Positions 55,760 to 64,000 of a stretch of 64,000 nt of DNA are shown here, one piece after another. The DNA comes from a virus (Duplodnaviria; Heunggongvirae; Uroviricota; Caudoviricetes): positions 13,231 through 77,230 of IMG/VR virus record IMGVR_UViG_3300050026_000282; one strand, 5' to 3'. How positions within the stretch are numbered: position 1 is the first letter of the stretch; each line of letters starts with the position of its first letter. The position numbers and the translations under genes are program-made. A model generated the notes under the pieces. That model ran no database searches. It saw nothing but the letters and a program-made list of their open reading frames with translations, and was not told where the DNA came from.

Positions 55760-56302
55760 TTAAGCGATTCTCGATAGCTTGATTTGATCGCTCTGGCGAA
55801 GGAACGGGCGAAGAAGTCGCCAAGCCAAAGCGTTGGGAACACCATTGATGATGTGTTCGATGGGTGTTTGATTGCGGTTGTATGAAGTTTGAAGAGGGCC
55901 GTAACCTTGTTGTGTGATACCGAGTGCTTCGAGTTCGAGTTCAGGGTCTTTGCCGTCCAAGAGCGAGCCGGCGATCTCGTAGGTGGCCTGCTCGATCTCC
56001 ACGGGGATCGTTGTGTCGCTACCGCGAGGAAACTCCGTTGGCTGCGCTAATTCTGCCTGCCGAATCTGCTCATTGGTCGGGTGTGGACCAAACGGCTCGC
56101 ACAGATGCGGGAACTGTTGCAAGCAAGCCCACAGACTGTGACGCACGCCCTTCCAATTCAACGTGTCGATGATCTGGGTCGCGGCCCAAAGCGCCTTCGG
56201 TTGATCCGCCGGATCAGCTTCCGACCATGCCGACTCGTGCAGCCTATTTGCAAAATAGGCTGTGGCGTCGGCGACCGTTCCGTAGAAATTGACTGGAATC
56301 AC
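55760..56302 (-). CDS. gp6-like head-tail connector / head completion protein (tentative)
   Basis: N-terminal YGTVADATAYFANRL...ALWAATQIIDTL pattern typical of that family. Confidence 0.35.
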   Translation of the reverse strand: MIPVNFYGTVADATAYFANRLHESAWSEADPADQPKALWAATQIIDTLNWKGVRHSLWACLQQFPHLCEPFGPHPTNEQIRQAELAQPTEFPRGSDTTIPVEIEQATYEIAGSLLDGKDPELELEALGITQQGYGPLQTSYNRNQTPIEHIINGVPNALAWRLLRPFLRQSDQIKLSRIA

Positions 56303-56589
56303 GATGCAATCCAGCTATAGTCCTGTGCGGTTGACGAAACCACGTACACTTTCGCCGGATCATCGACGAGAATGTCAATCGATTCACCGGCTTTCAGCAC
56401 GTAGCCAGTGCCAGGCGTAACGCCGGATGGCCCGACGTAGATCGATTCGCTGTTGTCGGCCATCGCTCGGACGGTCACGCCCTTGTAGGCTGTGTTGGAA
56501 AAGTTGGGGGCGATAAGCGGTGCAGCGGTCGCACTACTCGCGCCTTGCCCACTATGGAACTCGGGGGCGGTCATCTTCTGGATGTCCAC
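56299..56589 (-). CDS. small head-associated hypothetical protein (96 aa)
   Basis: ORF track; ATGA overlap. Confidence 0.35.
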   Translation of the reverse strand: MDIQKMTAPEFHSGQGASSATAAPLIAPNFSNTAYKGVTVRAMADNSESIYVGPSGVTPGTGYVLKAGESIDILVDDPAKVYVVSSTAQDYSWIAS

Positions 56590-56600
56590 TGCTGCACTCC

Positions 56601-58583
56601 TTATTTGAACGGGGCACGTTGCGACAGGTCTTTCAGCGTTCCCGCATTGAGCGGTGCTGCATCTGCCGGATCGTACTTCTTGATCGGTTTCTTACCCTTC
56701 CCGCGCTTCGGGGGCCGGCCGTTGACCGCAATGTCCGGGCTCTGGCTTGCGGTCCGCACCATCGTCTCGTCCAGACCCGGATCAACCAGGCTGTCGGCCG
56801 AATCATCCGAGTTGATTACCTCCGGCCGCTCCAAGGTTGCTGACAGGTCCGGCACGCCACGGGAGGCCGGATCATTTTCCTTGCGCTGCGTCGGGTCATT
56901 CGGGTCATAGATGCCGGGAGTCTGCTCGTTGCTTTGGGTGACGCCCTGGGCGGTAGCAATTGCTCTTGCCCGCCGAATCGAAGCCGCTTCTGCTTTCTTC
57001 TCTTCACCTGCGTTGCAGCCAATCGCCAACGAACCGGTCTCCGGCGACATAATGCCGGCCGTTACAGCCTGGATCACCACGTTGGCATCACTCGTGGTGT
57101 ACGGGACCGAATCAATCTCGTCCCGAATCTTCTGTAAGGTCGTCACGGGAATCTTGCCGCCGAGCAGCGTGTTGACGATCTCTTTGGCGATCTCTCGCTT
57201 GACGGTCGGGCCGGGCACCTTACTCATCAGGCCGGACAGCTTGTTCGACTCCTCGACACGGTCGTTGTCCGTCTTGATGCTGTAGCGGTCCGGGTACTTG
57301 ACCGTAGCAATCTGTCGGCCTTCCGGCTTGACGCTCTCGTAGGCCGCCCAATACTCAGAGATCAGACGTTCGGCGTTCTCCAACTCCAGCCCGATGTAGG
57401 ACAAGCCGCCTTCCAACCCTTGGTTATCCAACTGCTTGGACTCGGCTGAGGCACGAGTGGAGAGCGTTTGAACGGCAAGGTTTACGCACTTGCGGATGTC
57501 CGCTTCGAGCTTCTCCTGAAGCATCAAAGACGCCTTGAGCGGTTCGGACGAGGGGTTGATAAAGGCCGGCCGCTCCGTCTCTTTGTCGTAGATCATCCCG
57601 TGGGTCACGCCCACCTTCTGATCCTTGCTGGCCGAGGGCTGACCACCAGCCTCGGGCGAATCATCCCCAGTGTCAAACTGCTTCAAGTGCGAGCCGGCCG
57701 CTCGCATGTCCTCTTGTTTCGTGAGGAAGGGAAAATTGCTGCGCAGTGCATAGTTCACGTCACTGGACGTGAGGTTGAGCATTGCAATCTGGGCGTGTGC
57801 TGCATCCTTGAGGAGCGATTCACCAATGTCAAGAAGGACGAAGGGAATCCGCTTGATCTTCAACTCCAGCGGACGCTCGCCGGTCGGCGAGGGCGTTCCG
57901 TCCGGTTCAATCGGCACACCATTGCTCTGGTAGTATTGCAGATTGACAAAGCCCGTCTCTTTGTTAATCCACATGCGCCGATAGCGAACGACTTCGGCGA
58001 TTGGTAGGCCACTGGGCCAGTCATAGCCCATCACCGTCTCGCGGAGTAGGACCGACTGGAACTCGGACGGAAAGGCTGGTCGGTTGTTGGTATAGCTGAA
58101 GATCGACTCAAGCGGAAACACGTACAGATAGGGCGTCACGCCTTGGATGTCTTGCAGCGTCGGCCCAATATCCATCGGGTGATCGACGTAGATACCGACG
58201 CGCCCCATGCTCAAGAGTTCCGAGAGGACTTTGATACCGAGGAAGACACTCATCGTGGAACCACGATGATCGACGCCACCGTTGAGCCCTGCGATTGCGT
58301 TCTGGTAGGAGAGACTGCCGCCGCTCCGGCTCACATCACTCAAGCGACTGAAGATGGCGTTGCGGATTTCATTGATGGCAGTGCGACACGGATTCGGAAT
58401 GGGCGTCATCTCGCGTCGGCGGATGAAGTCCCCCATGTCCTCGCGGGTGTCGAACTTCTTCAGGTAACGATTGCGATAAATCTCGCCGCCGCCGTATGTG
58501 AGCCGCCACAGTACCCAATTAGCGAAGGCGCTCAGATAGCCCGGCATCTGCGCGGACGACACACTGAAAGCACCTGCGCCCAT
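56601..58583 (-). CDS. portal protein
   Basis: 660 aa directly downstream of the terminase large subunit. Confidence 0.6.
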   Translation of the reverse strand: MGAGAFSVSSAQMPGYLSAFANWVLWRLTYGGGEIYRNRYLKKFDTREDMGDFIRRREMTPIPNPCRTAINEIRNAIFSRLSDVSRSGGSLSYQNAIAGLNGGVDHRGSTMSVFLGIKVLSELLSMGRVGIYVDHPMDIGPTLQDIQGVTPYLYVFPLESIFSYTNNRPAFPSEFQSVLLRETVMGYDWPSGLPIAEVVRYRRMWINKETGFVNLQYYQSNGVPIEPDGTPSPTGERPLELKIKRIPFVLLDIGESLLKDAAHAQIAMLNLTSSDVNYALRSNFPFLTKQEDMRAAGSHLKQFDTGDDSPEAGGQPSASKDQKVGVTHGMIYDKETERPAFINPSSEPLKASLMLQEKLEADIRKCVNLAVQTLSTRASAESKQLDNQGLEGGLSYIGLELENAERLISEYWAAYESVKPEGRQIATVKYPDRYSIKTDNDRVEESNKLSGLMSKVPGPTVKREIAKEIVNTLLGGKIPVTTLQKIRDEIDSVPYTTSDANVVIQAVTAGIMSPETGSLAIGCNAGEEKKAEAASIRRARAIATAQGVTQSNEQTPGIYDPNDPTQRKENDPASRGVPDLSATLERPEVINSDDSADSLVDPGLDETMVRTASQSPDIAVNGRPPKRGKGKKPIKKYDPADAAPLNAGTLKDLSQRAPFK

Positions 58584-58594
58584 TATGATGACCC

Positions 58595-60286
58595 CTACAT
58601 TATCTTCCCGAGCGGTCTCGATCCGGTGTGCGGAGCAAACTGCAAAGCAATCTCAGCGTAAGTCAGGGCGTGTGCGAAGTGGTCGGGTCCGGTGTTGACA
58701 AAGACTTTGACGGGTTGAGTCTCTTTGTCCTTCTTGTTGTCCTTCACCCGTTCGTAAGTGCTGACGAGATTCTTGATGTGCTCTTTGAACTCGTCCGGGA
58801 TGTCTCGTGGTAGCTCGATGCGTGTTGGGTCTGTCTTGAATCGTCCGAGGGATGCGGTCAGCCAATCGGTGCGGTCCACCGTCAGCATCGGTGCGCCGGA
58901 TTCCTTCTCTGTCTCATTGATCTCTCGTGCCGCCACTCCTGTGCGGTATCGCGTGATGGCCGCATACCCATCGAACTTCCGGCAGAAGGCGCGAGCCGCG
59001 TTGATCTCCGGGTCGGCGTCGATCACTCCGTACAAGACTTGCCACTCGCCGTACTGCTCACCAAGTCGCTTCCAGACTTCCGCGTCTGACGCCTTGCCCA
59101 CCCACAAGACACGGCATTTGTACGCCGCACTCAGGTCTTTCCCAGGCCGAGCGACCTGAATCCACTCACACACCACGATGTAGCACGTTTTGCCCTGGTC
59201 GCAGCCCACCGTGATGAGCCGCTCGCCGCCACGTCGCGGTCTTGGGCTCTCCATCGTGTAATCACGAATGGAGCGAGCAATCATGTCGTCGGTGACTTTT
59301 GCCCCATCGCCAATAAAGGGCTGTCCGAGTTTGCTGTTGTGGAACTCTTTGGCGGCCAGTTCGTCTCCGAAGCCTCGAAAGTACGCGACAACCAACTCTG
59401 CCGGTGATACTGTGAAACTGTAAAGCTGATTGATGTTGAAGCCGCGAACGTCCGGGTTACTGTTCGGGGCCGTCGATACCCACTCGCCGTCACTCAGGAA
59501 GTTAGGTTTCTCCTCCTGAGCCAGTTTCCCTTTGCACTCTTTGCACTTGATGAACGACTCGTTGCAGCGGGCGTCCGTCGTGTGTTCGCCAACGATCTCG
59601 ATGCAGTCCGGCCAGATGAGTTCAGTGCGTCGGCCGCAACACGGGCATCTGAAGAAAAAGTGCTCTTGGGTCGATCCGTTGTAGAGCTTATGGATACCGT
59701 ATTCGGGGACGGTCGGTGTCGAGATTCCCCAGACGTGCTTGTGAACCTGACCTGACAGACGTTCCAGGGCCAGCCACAACTGCTGCTGGTCCATTTCGTC
59801 GAGTTCGTCCAGGACCAACTCCGAGACGGGGACCGACTTCAAGTTTCCGCGACCGCGCGATCCTCGAATGTAAAGTGTGTTCGCTCTCGCCCGCTTAATG
59901 TTGACCGCATTCGTGTCGGTGAAGATCGACTTGAGGTAAGGACTGTTGTCGAGCGCCCCGCCGAAACGTGACTTGCTGAAGTCACTCGCACCCATCGCAG
60001 TCGGCAGGACGTAGAGCACGTCTCGCTTTGGCCCGTCGATGGTGTACAGCGCCCGGTTGATTGCCGCTTCCGTGACGCCGACTTGTGCTCCCTTCATCAC
60101 CCAGGTAAAGGGTGCCCATGAGTCGTGAAGTTCCTTGACCCACGGGTGATATTTCCACGAGTATGGCCCCGGAAAGGGCTCACCCATCACTCGGCGTTCG
60201 GTCGCCCATCGAGAGCAACTGGTCAATGAGATCGATGTTATCCCGCGACGGAGACGCTGTGCGAATTCCTCTTCGAGACTTGGCAT
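58595..60286 (-). CDS. terL: terminase large subunit (GpA-like)
   Basis: KGAQVGVTEAAINRALY P-loop variant typical of the GpA family; Walker B LVLDELDE; C-terminal nuclease-like region. Confidence 0.8.
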   Translation of the reverse strand: MPSLEEEFAQRLRRGITSISLTSCSRWATERRVMGEPFPGPYSWKYHPWVKELHDSWAPFTWVMKGAQVGVTEAAINRALYTIDGPKRDVLYVLPTAMGASDFSKSRFGGALDNSPYLKSIFTDTNAVNIKRARANTLYIRGSRGRGNLKSVPVSELVLDELDEMDQQQLWLALERLSGQVHKHVWGISTPTVPEYGIHKLYNGSTQEHFFFRCPCCGRRTELIWPDCIEIVGEHTTDARCNESFIKCKECKGKLAQEEKPNFLSDGEWVSTAPNSNPDVRGFNINQLYSFTVSPAELVVAYFRGFGDELAAKEFHNSKLGQPFIGDGAKVTDDMIARSIRDYTMESPRPRRGGERLITVGCDQGKTCYIVVCEWIQVARPGKDLSAAYKCRVLWVGKASDAEVWKRLGEQYGEWQVLYGVIDADPEINAARAFCRKFDGYAAITRYRTGVAAREINETEKESGAPMLTVDRTDWLTASLGRFKTDPTRIELPRDIPDEFKEHIKNLVSTYERVKDNKKDKETQPVKVFVNTGPDHFAHALTYAEIALQFAPHTGSRPLGKIM

Positions 60287-60298
60287 CTTGTCATCACG

Positions 60299-60769
60299 CT
60301 AGTTCAACTCGGCTTGGATGACTTCGATGTCGTTCGACCGTACTTCGTGAGGGGTGCCAGGATTGAGGATGAAAGTCGGCAGAGAAGTGATGTTGTACTT
60401 GCGAGCGATGTCCGGGTGCTCGTCGTAATTGATCCGCTCCACAATCACGCCTGCCGCTTCAAGCTGATTGACGACAGGCTTGACCCGCTGGCAAGCAGTA
60501 CACCAGTCGGCGTGAAAGACGAGGAGGTGATGCTTGTCCACGGGACGCACCGGAGTAACGATGACTGGTGTTACAATCACCGGACGGACCGGGTGGTTAG
60601 GCCGGACAGGACAAACGGGGTGAACGGGGCGTACCGGGCGCACCGGCCGCATATTCGAGTGCGGCCGTCGCCATCCCATGACTTCCGGGGATGGCGAGAC
60701 GACCAAAGTCGCCAAGCCGCCGATCAACAGGGAAGCCAGGAATGAAGCTAGGAATGAGTTTCGATTCAC
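60299..60769 (-). CDS. secreted thioredoxin-like protein with (R)PVxP repeat linker
   Basis: Signal peptide MNRNSFLASFLASLLIGGLATLVV; repeats RPVRPVRPVHPVCPVRPNHPVRPVIVTPVIVTPVRPV; thioredoxin motif WCTACQ and fold-like C-terminus. Confidence 0.55.
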   Translation of the reverse strand: MNRNSFLASFLASLLIGGLATLVVSPSPEVMGWRRPHSNMRPVRPVRPVHPVCPVRPNHPVRPVIVTPVIVTPVRPVDKHHLLVFHADWCTACQRVKPVVNQLEAAGVIVERINYDEHPDIARKYNITSLPTFILNPGTPHEVRSNDIEVIQAELN

Positions 60770-61155
60770 TTCTTGGGCTCCACGGCAGAAATCTTAGCCT
60801 TAATCAAGGCGAGCCCTTCGGGCGTGGACAGCTTCTTGTCCAGCACGCGCTCATAGGTCGCCTCAAGGTCTTTCAAGATCGCGTCGTTGCCGGCCTGGAC
60901 GACCTTCGCCATGTCGTGCATCTTCTGGATCATGTCCGTCACATTGGTGATGGCAAAGTCTTCCAGCATTGCCGGAAGCCAGGTCAGGCCGTATTGCCGA
61001 AGCGAGATCGCCAAGGACAGGGCGGCCTTCTTCTGTTCGTCGAGTTTCGAGTTCTTGCCAAACAGCCACTTGCCGGCGACACTGCCGAGGTAGACACACA
61101 GGGCAACCACGATGACCGTCCACAGAATCTCTTGGAATCCGAACATCTGTCTCAC
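60766..61155 (-). CDS. membrane protein (N-terminal TM + coiled coil; holin/i-spanin-like)
   Basis: ILWTVIVVALCVYLGSVAG TM, then charged helical region. Confidence 0.4.
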   Translation of the reverse strand: MRQMFGFQEILWTVIVVALCVYLGSVAGKWLFGKNSKLDEQKKAALSLAISLRQYGLTWLPAMLEDFAITNVTDMIQKMHDMAKVVQAGNDAILKDLEATYERVLDKKLSTPEGLALIKAKISAVEPKK

Positions 61156-61158
61156 CTC

Positions 61159-61794
61159 TTAGTGGGCTGCATGAACTTGCTTGTTGACACTCGCGCCGTA
61201 CCCGATGCCGACGCCTACCGCCAGGGCGGCGAGGGCAAACAAGAAAATCGGAATCTGATTCTCCTCAACTTCGGGAGGGCCATCTTGATCGAGCGGCGGC
61301 GGTGGTGTTACCAGCGTGATCGCTGGTGCGGGCTTAGGAATGTCATCGGGAGTGACGTTATGACGCCGCCGCCAAGGCAGGAGAATGAACCGACTAGCTT
61401 CCTTTTCGACGGCTGCCGCGATCTCCTGGTAGAGCGTATCGGGATTTGGTTTGTTGGCCTGGTACACCACGACGCCTTTGTCCGTCTGGACGCGAACGCA
61501 TGGCAAACTGTTGATCGTGAACTTGCCCTGATTCTTCTGGTAGCGCTCAGAGTAGACGGCCGTGTCGGTCGTCACTGGCAGAAAATGCACCTGCGACTTC
61601 AGACGTTGCATCTGGTCCGTGGAATCGAAGGCGCTCAGCAGCGCTTTGTACTGGGCGTCGTTCGCTTCGCCGATGACCGAGATATACCACTTGCCAGCAT
61701 CGGACGGCAGATTGATGACCTTCTCCTCGGCCGCCAGGCTGAGACTGGGCATCAAGGACAGGACCACGAGCAGGATCAAGAGCAGTTGTTTCAT
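61159..61794 (-). CDS. secreted protein with C-terminal membrane anchor
   Basis: Signal peptide MKQLLLILLVVLSLMPSLSLA; C-terminal IPIFLFALAALAVGVGIGYG. Confidence 0.4.
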   Translation of the reverse strand: MKQLLLILLVVLSLMPSLSLAAEEKVINLPSDAGKWYISVIGEANDAQYKALLSAFDSTDQMQRLKSQVHFLPVTTDTAVYSERYQKNQGKFTINSLPCVRVQTDKGVVVYQANKPNPDTLYQEIAAAVEKEASRFILLPWRRRHNVTPDDIPKPAPAITLVTPPPPLDQDGPPEVEENQIPIFLFALAALAVGVGIGYGASVNKQVHAAH

Positions 61795-62345
61795 CGCATC
61801 CCTCGTTGAGGTAGAGGTGCCGCCGGCGAGTAGACGAGGCAGAACGCCCAGCCACCCGACTTCTTCCAGTCGGAGATCAACTCTTCCCGCGTCATCCAGT
61901 GGTAATGTTCCACGTCGTTGTTATCGAGAACGCACGCCCGGTGGGCGTCGATGTAGACGAGCGCGACAACGTGATCGCCGTCGTCGCAACAGATTCCACA
62001 ACCACGGCGAGTGCGGCAGGCTCGTTCCAAAAAGGACGCGTCTCCGTCAGTGGTCTCGGCGTAGCGAATGCCTTCCAGGTCGAGCGCTTTACCCAAGGTC
62101 GTCGGGCCAGCACCATTGCCATACTGCTTGATTCGTTCGGCCGCCGCATACTGGCCTACCCAGCGGAGTAGCGAGACGGTCGTCGCCCACACGCACGAAC
62201 CCTCTCCTCGGTTGCCCCACCAATTCGTCTGTCGGAGGCTGATGGGCAAATTGACGGTCGGCATCTCGGTGCAAATGCGAACGCGCCGAGGACCTTCGCA
62301 GCCCGCGAGAAGCAAACTCAAAAAAGCAATGACAACGAGCTTCAC
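61791..62345 (-). CDS. lipoprotein, papain-like cysteine peptidase (C39-like)
   Basis: Lipobox LLAGC; SCVWATTVSLLRWVG Cys box and DHVVALVYID His box. Confidence 0.45.
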   Translation of the reverse strand: MKLVVIAFLSLLLAGCEGPRRVRICTEMPTVNLPISLRQTNWWGNRGEGSCVWATTVSLLRWVGQYAAAERIKQYGNGAGPTTLGKALDLEGIRYAETTDGDASFLERACRTRRGCGICCDDGDHVVALVYIDAHRACVLDNNDVEHYHWMTREELISDWKKSGGWAFCLVYSPAAPLPQRGMR

Positions 62346-62920
62346 TTCAGTCTCTTGGCGCGGAGGAGCAACTGGTGCTGGCGTAGGTGTCGGATGAGGT
62401 GATTCGGGTTCCAGCGGGCAGCGTCGTCGGTCGGCATGATGCCATCGTCAGAGTAGGCGGCAGCGACCAGTTCCGAGCAGAAGATATGGTTCAACGCCTC
62501 TTCATGCAGCATGGACTCGAACCAGGAGAAGCCGGTGCCGGCCGCACGGAAAGCCTTCAATTCGTCGTAGGGCGTCCCGACCAGGCCGACCAGGAATCGG
62601 CTCAGTCGTTGCTCCTCGAAGTCGAACAGCGGGCGGTAGAGCGGGTACAGCCAAACCTTGCCTTGGTAGGTCTCGACAACCTTGTCCAGGCCGTGGGCTT
62701 GGACGCCATTGAATCGTTTCCCGCTAATCTCGCACGGCAGCGCATCGAGCGTGGTGCTCTCGAACAGCAGTTGCCGGCCGTCTGCCGCGTCGGCTATGAC
62801 GCCAACATGGCTGGCCGACCATCGCGGCACCCCGTAGGTGCCCAGGTTGATGAGATCGCTCACCAGCGATTGACCGCTGAAAGCAACCAGATCGCCGGGT
62901 TTGATGCCTGATAAACTCAC
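62342..62920 (-). CDS. permuted papain-fold peptidase (C92 / YiiX-like), candidate endolysin
   Basis: KPGDLVAFSG...SHVGVIAD ... CSELVAAAYSDDGI. GTG start assumed; upstream part of track ORF overlaps terminator/operator. Confidence 0.5.
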   Translation of the reverse strand: MSLSGIKPGDLVAFSGQSLVSDLINLGTYGVPRWSASHVGVIADAADGRQLLFESTTLDALPCEISGKRFNGVQAHGLDKVVETYQGKVWLYPLYRPLFDFEEQRLSRFLVGLVGTPYDELKAFRAAGTGFSWFESMLHEEALNHIFCSELVAAAYSDDGIMPTDDAARWNPNHLIRHLRQHQLLLRAKRLK

Positions 62921-62977
62921 ATATATAGAAGAGTCAAAAAACGAGTTTTTAGGCGGAAAATTAGAAGAATTCTGCCC

Positions 62978-63012
62978 AAGAAAAAGAAAAGGGCACCTCA
63001 AATCAGGTGCCC
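62978..63012 (-). terminator. rho-independent terminator for the 63032..63301 gene
   Basis: Stem GGGCACCT / AGGTGCCC with 7-nt loop, followed on the minus strand by TTTTCTTTTTCTT. Confidence 0.5.
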
Positions 63013-63031
63013 TTCTGAATCTACCGACTCA

Positions 63032-63301
63032 TTAGAGGGGAGCTTCAAGTTCTTCGATAATCGAGAGCCGGGGGCGGTGCGAAGCGCATCCCTCGCCCTC
63101 CAGCAGACGCAGGTACGCGAAACTACTACCGACCACAAGGTAGAGGAATCCCAGTTTCTTGCGTAATTTGTCTGACCCTGCTCTGAATCTCCTGTCGTTG
63201 AATGGGCCGGCGAACAACTTGATTAACTCTTCATGGTACTCCTCGGGAACCTCGTGGTGCCGCACGACCGCCAACACTTGTTGGCGCGTGAATTTTCTCA
63301 C
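63032..63301 (-). CDS. hypothetical protein (89 aa)
   Basis: ORF track. Confidence 0.35.
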   Translation of the reverse strand: MRKFTRQQVLAVVRHHEVPEEYHEELIKLFAGPFNDRRFRAGSDKLRKKLGFLYLVVGSSFAYLRLLEGEGCASHRPRLSIIEELEAPL

Positions 63302-63351
63302 GATGGCACCTCGACAAGATGGGGAAAAGTCTTACTCCTAAAGGATAGAAC

Positions 63352-63391
63352 ACATAATCCCTGGGATGTCCCTTGACATTCGGGATTATGT
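63352..63391. repeat. inverted repeat ACATAATCCC-N20-GGGATTATGT upstream of the recombinase gene
   Basis: Perfect 10-bp arms; inner near-palindrome GGGATGTCCC. Confidence 0.35.
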
Positions 63392-63434
63392 ATTGCAACG
63401 GAAGGAGGGCATCAGCTAGGTGCCTAGAAGCCGA

Positions 63435-64000
63435 TCACTTAGCAGGGTATCGCTTCAGGATGCGAAGCACCGCAGTCGCGGTGAAAGGCTTCCCTGACGT
63501 GGTCGGGAAATGGTACTCATTCAGCTTGTCGGCCAGGAGTTGGTTGGTAGCGCCTGGGTACTTCTCACGAGCGACATGGAGGGCTTTGACGATGTTCTCG
63601 TAATACTTCCGCGTTCTCTCAGCGCGTCGCTCTGCGGCGACAGCAGAGCCTTTGATTGGATCGCCCTTGCCGCGTTTGGCCGGCTGCTGCTTGGCGAAGC
63701 CGATCTTCTCGCCCAACGCTGCCTTCCCCTTCATCGTCATCGAATGACGTTCGGCCTGCTTGTCGCGGCGCTCTCGCTCCTCGACCAGACGTTGGGGAAG
63801 CCCTGCTCTGGTGAGCCCCGGAGTCTCGAACTCGATGTCGGACTCGGCCAGCAGTTCCAGCATCGGCAGATTGGCCGGCCGCTTCCCGATGCGAGGGATC
63901 ACCAGCAGACAACGATGCCGCTTGCAATAGTCGATTGCGGCCTTGAACTGCTCCCACTTGTGGCCAGGCTGGTCGCGGAACTCCTTCACCTGCCCACGTT
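63435..64000 (-). CDS. serine recombinase (resolvase/invertase family), C-terminal part; N-terminus beyond window
   Basis: HRCLLVIPRIGKRPANLPMLELLAESDIEFE catalytic-domain tail, Arg/Lys-rich linker, C-terminal HTH TSGKPFTATAVLRILKRYP. Confidence 0.65.
   Translation of the reverse strand, partial: RGQVKEFRDQPGHKWEQFKAAIDYCKRHRCLLVIPRIGKRPANLPMLELLAESDIEFETPGLTRAGLPQRLVEERERRDKQAERHSMTMKGKAALGEKIGFAKQQPAKRGKGDPIKGSAVAAERRAERTRKYYENIVKALHVAREKYPGATNQLLADKLNEYHFPTTSGKPFTATAVLRILKRYPAK

Noticed and set aside
60500-60660. Short GC-rich DNA repeats (ccggac/gggcg units)
   Set aside because: They encode the RPVRPV peptide repeat of the thioredoxin-like protein; not an independent repeat element.
1-64000. 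tRNA, rRNA and CRISPR arrays
   Set aside because: No cloverleaf-compatible segments, rRNA-like stretches or repeat-spacer arrays were recognised by eye. A tRNA scan would be needed to exclude small tRNAs in the few intergenic gaps (21230-21385, 28945-29185, 55672-55759, 63302-63434).

Overview
This 64-kb, visibly GC-rich window reads as a complete or near-complete tailed-phage (siphovirus-like) genome or prophage. Genes are tightly packed, often with ATGA start/stop overlaps. Within-line position counting may be off by 1-2 nt for boundaries not taken from the ORF track.

Layout:
- 1 to 29.0 kb, minus strand: early, replication and nucleotide-metabolism operons. These include a family A DNA polymerase, ATP-dependent DNA ligase, SNF2-like helicase, VRR-NUC nuclease, PD-(D/E)xK nuclease, DeoC aldolase, two paralogous nucleoside 2-deoxyribosyltransferase-like proteins, a 5'(3')-deoxyribonucleotidase, two metallophosphoesterases, two intact adenine methyltransferases, a sigma factor, several papain-like peptidases, a trypsin-like protease and many small ORFs.
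- 28.95 to 29.19 kb: divergent control region with nested inverted repeats.
- 29.2 to 34.7 kb, plus strand: primase-polymerase/SF3 helicase, T4-Dnk-like dNMP kinase and a DnaQ-like exonuclease.
- 34.7 to 62.9 kb, minus strand: late region. It holds terminase large subunit, portal, scaffold, capsid, tail tube, a G/GT chaperone pair with an apparent -1 frameshift, tape measure, a large tail protein, four paralogous fibre-like genes around a 747-aa repeat protein, and a peptidase-based lysis cassette.
- 62.98 to 64.0 kb: a terminator and a serine recombinase gene that runs off the right edge.

Main finding: a recombinase-in-trio (RIT) element (three tandem tyrosine recombinase genes, perfect 29-bp terminal inverted repeats) at about 9.67-13.08 kb. 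It interrupts a third adenine methyltransferase gene exactly inside its NPPF motif; joining the flanks restores the reading frame.

No tRNA, rRNA or CRISPR array was recognised.
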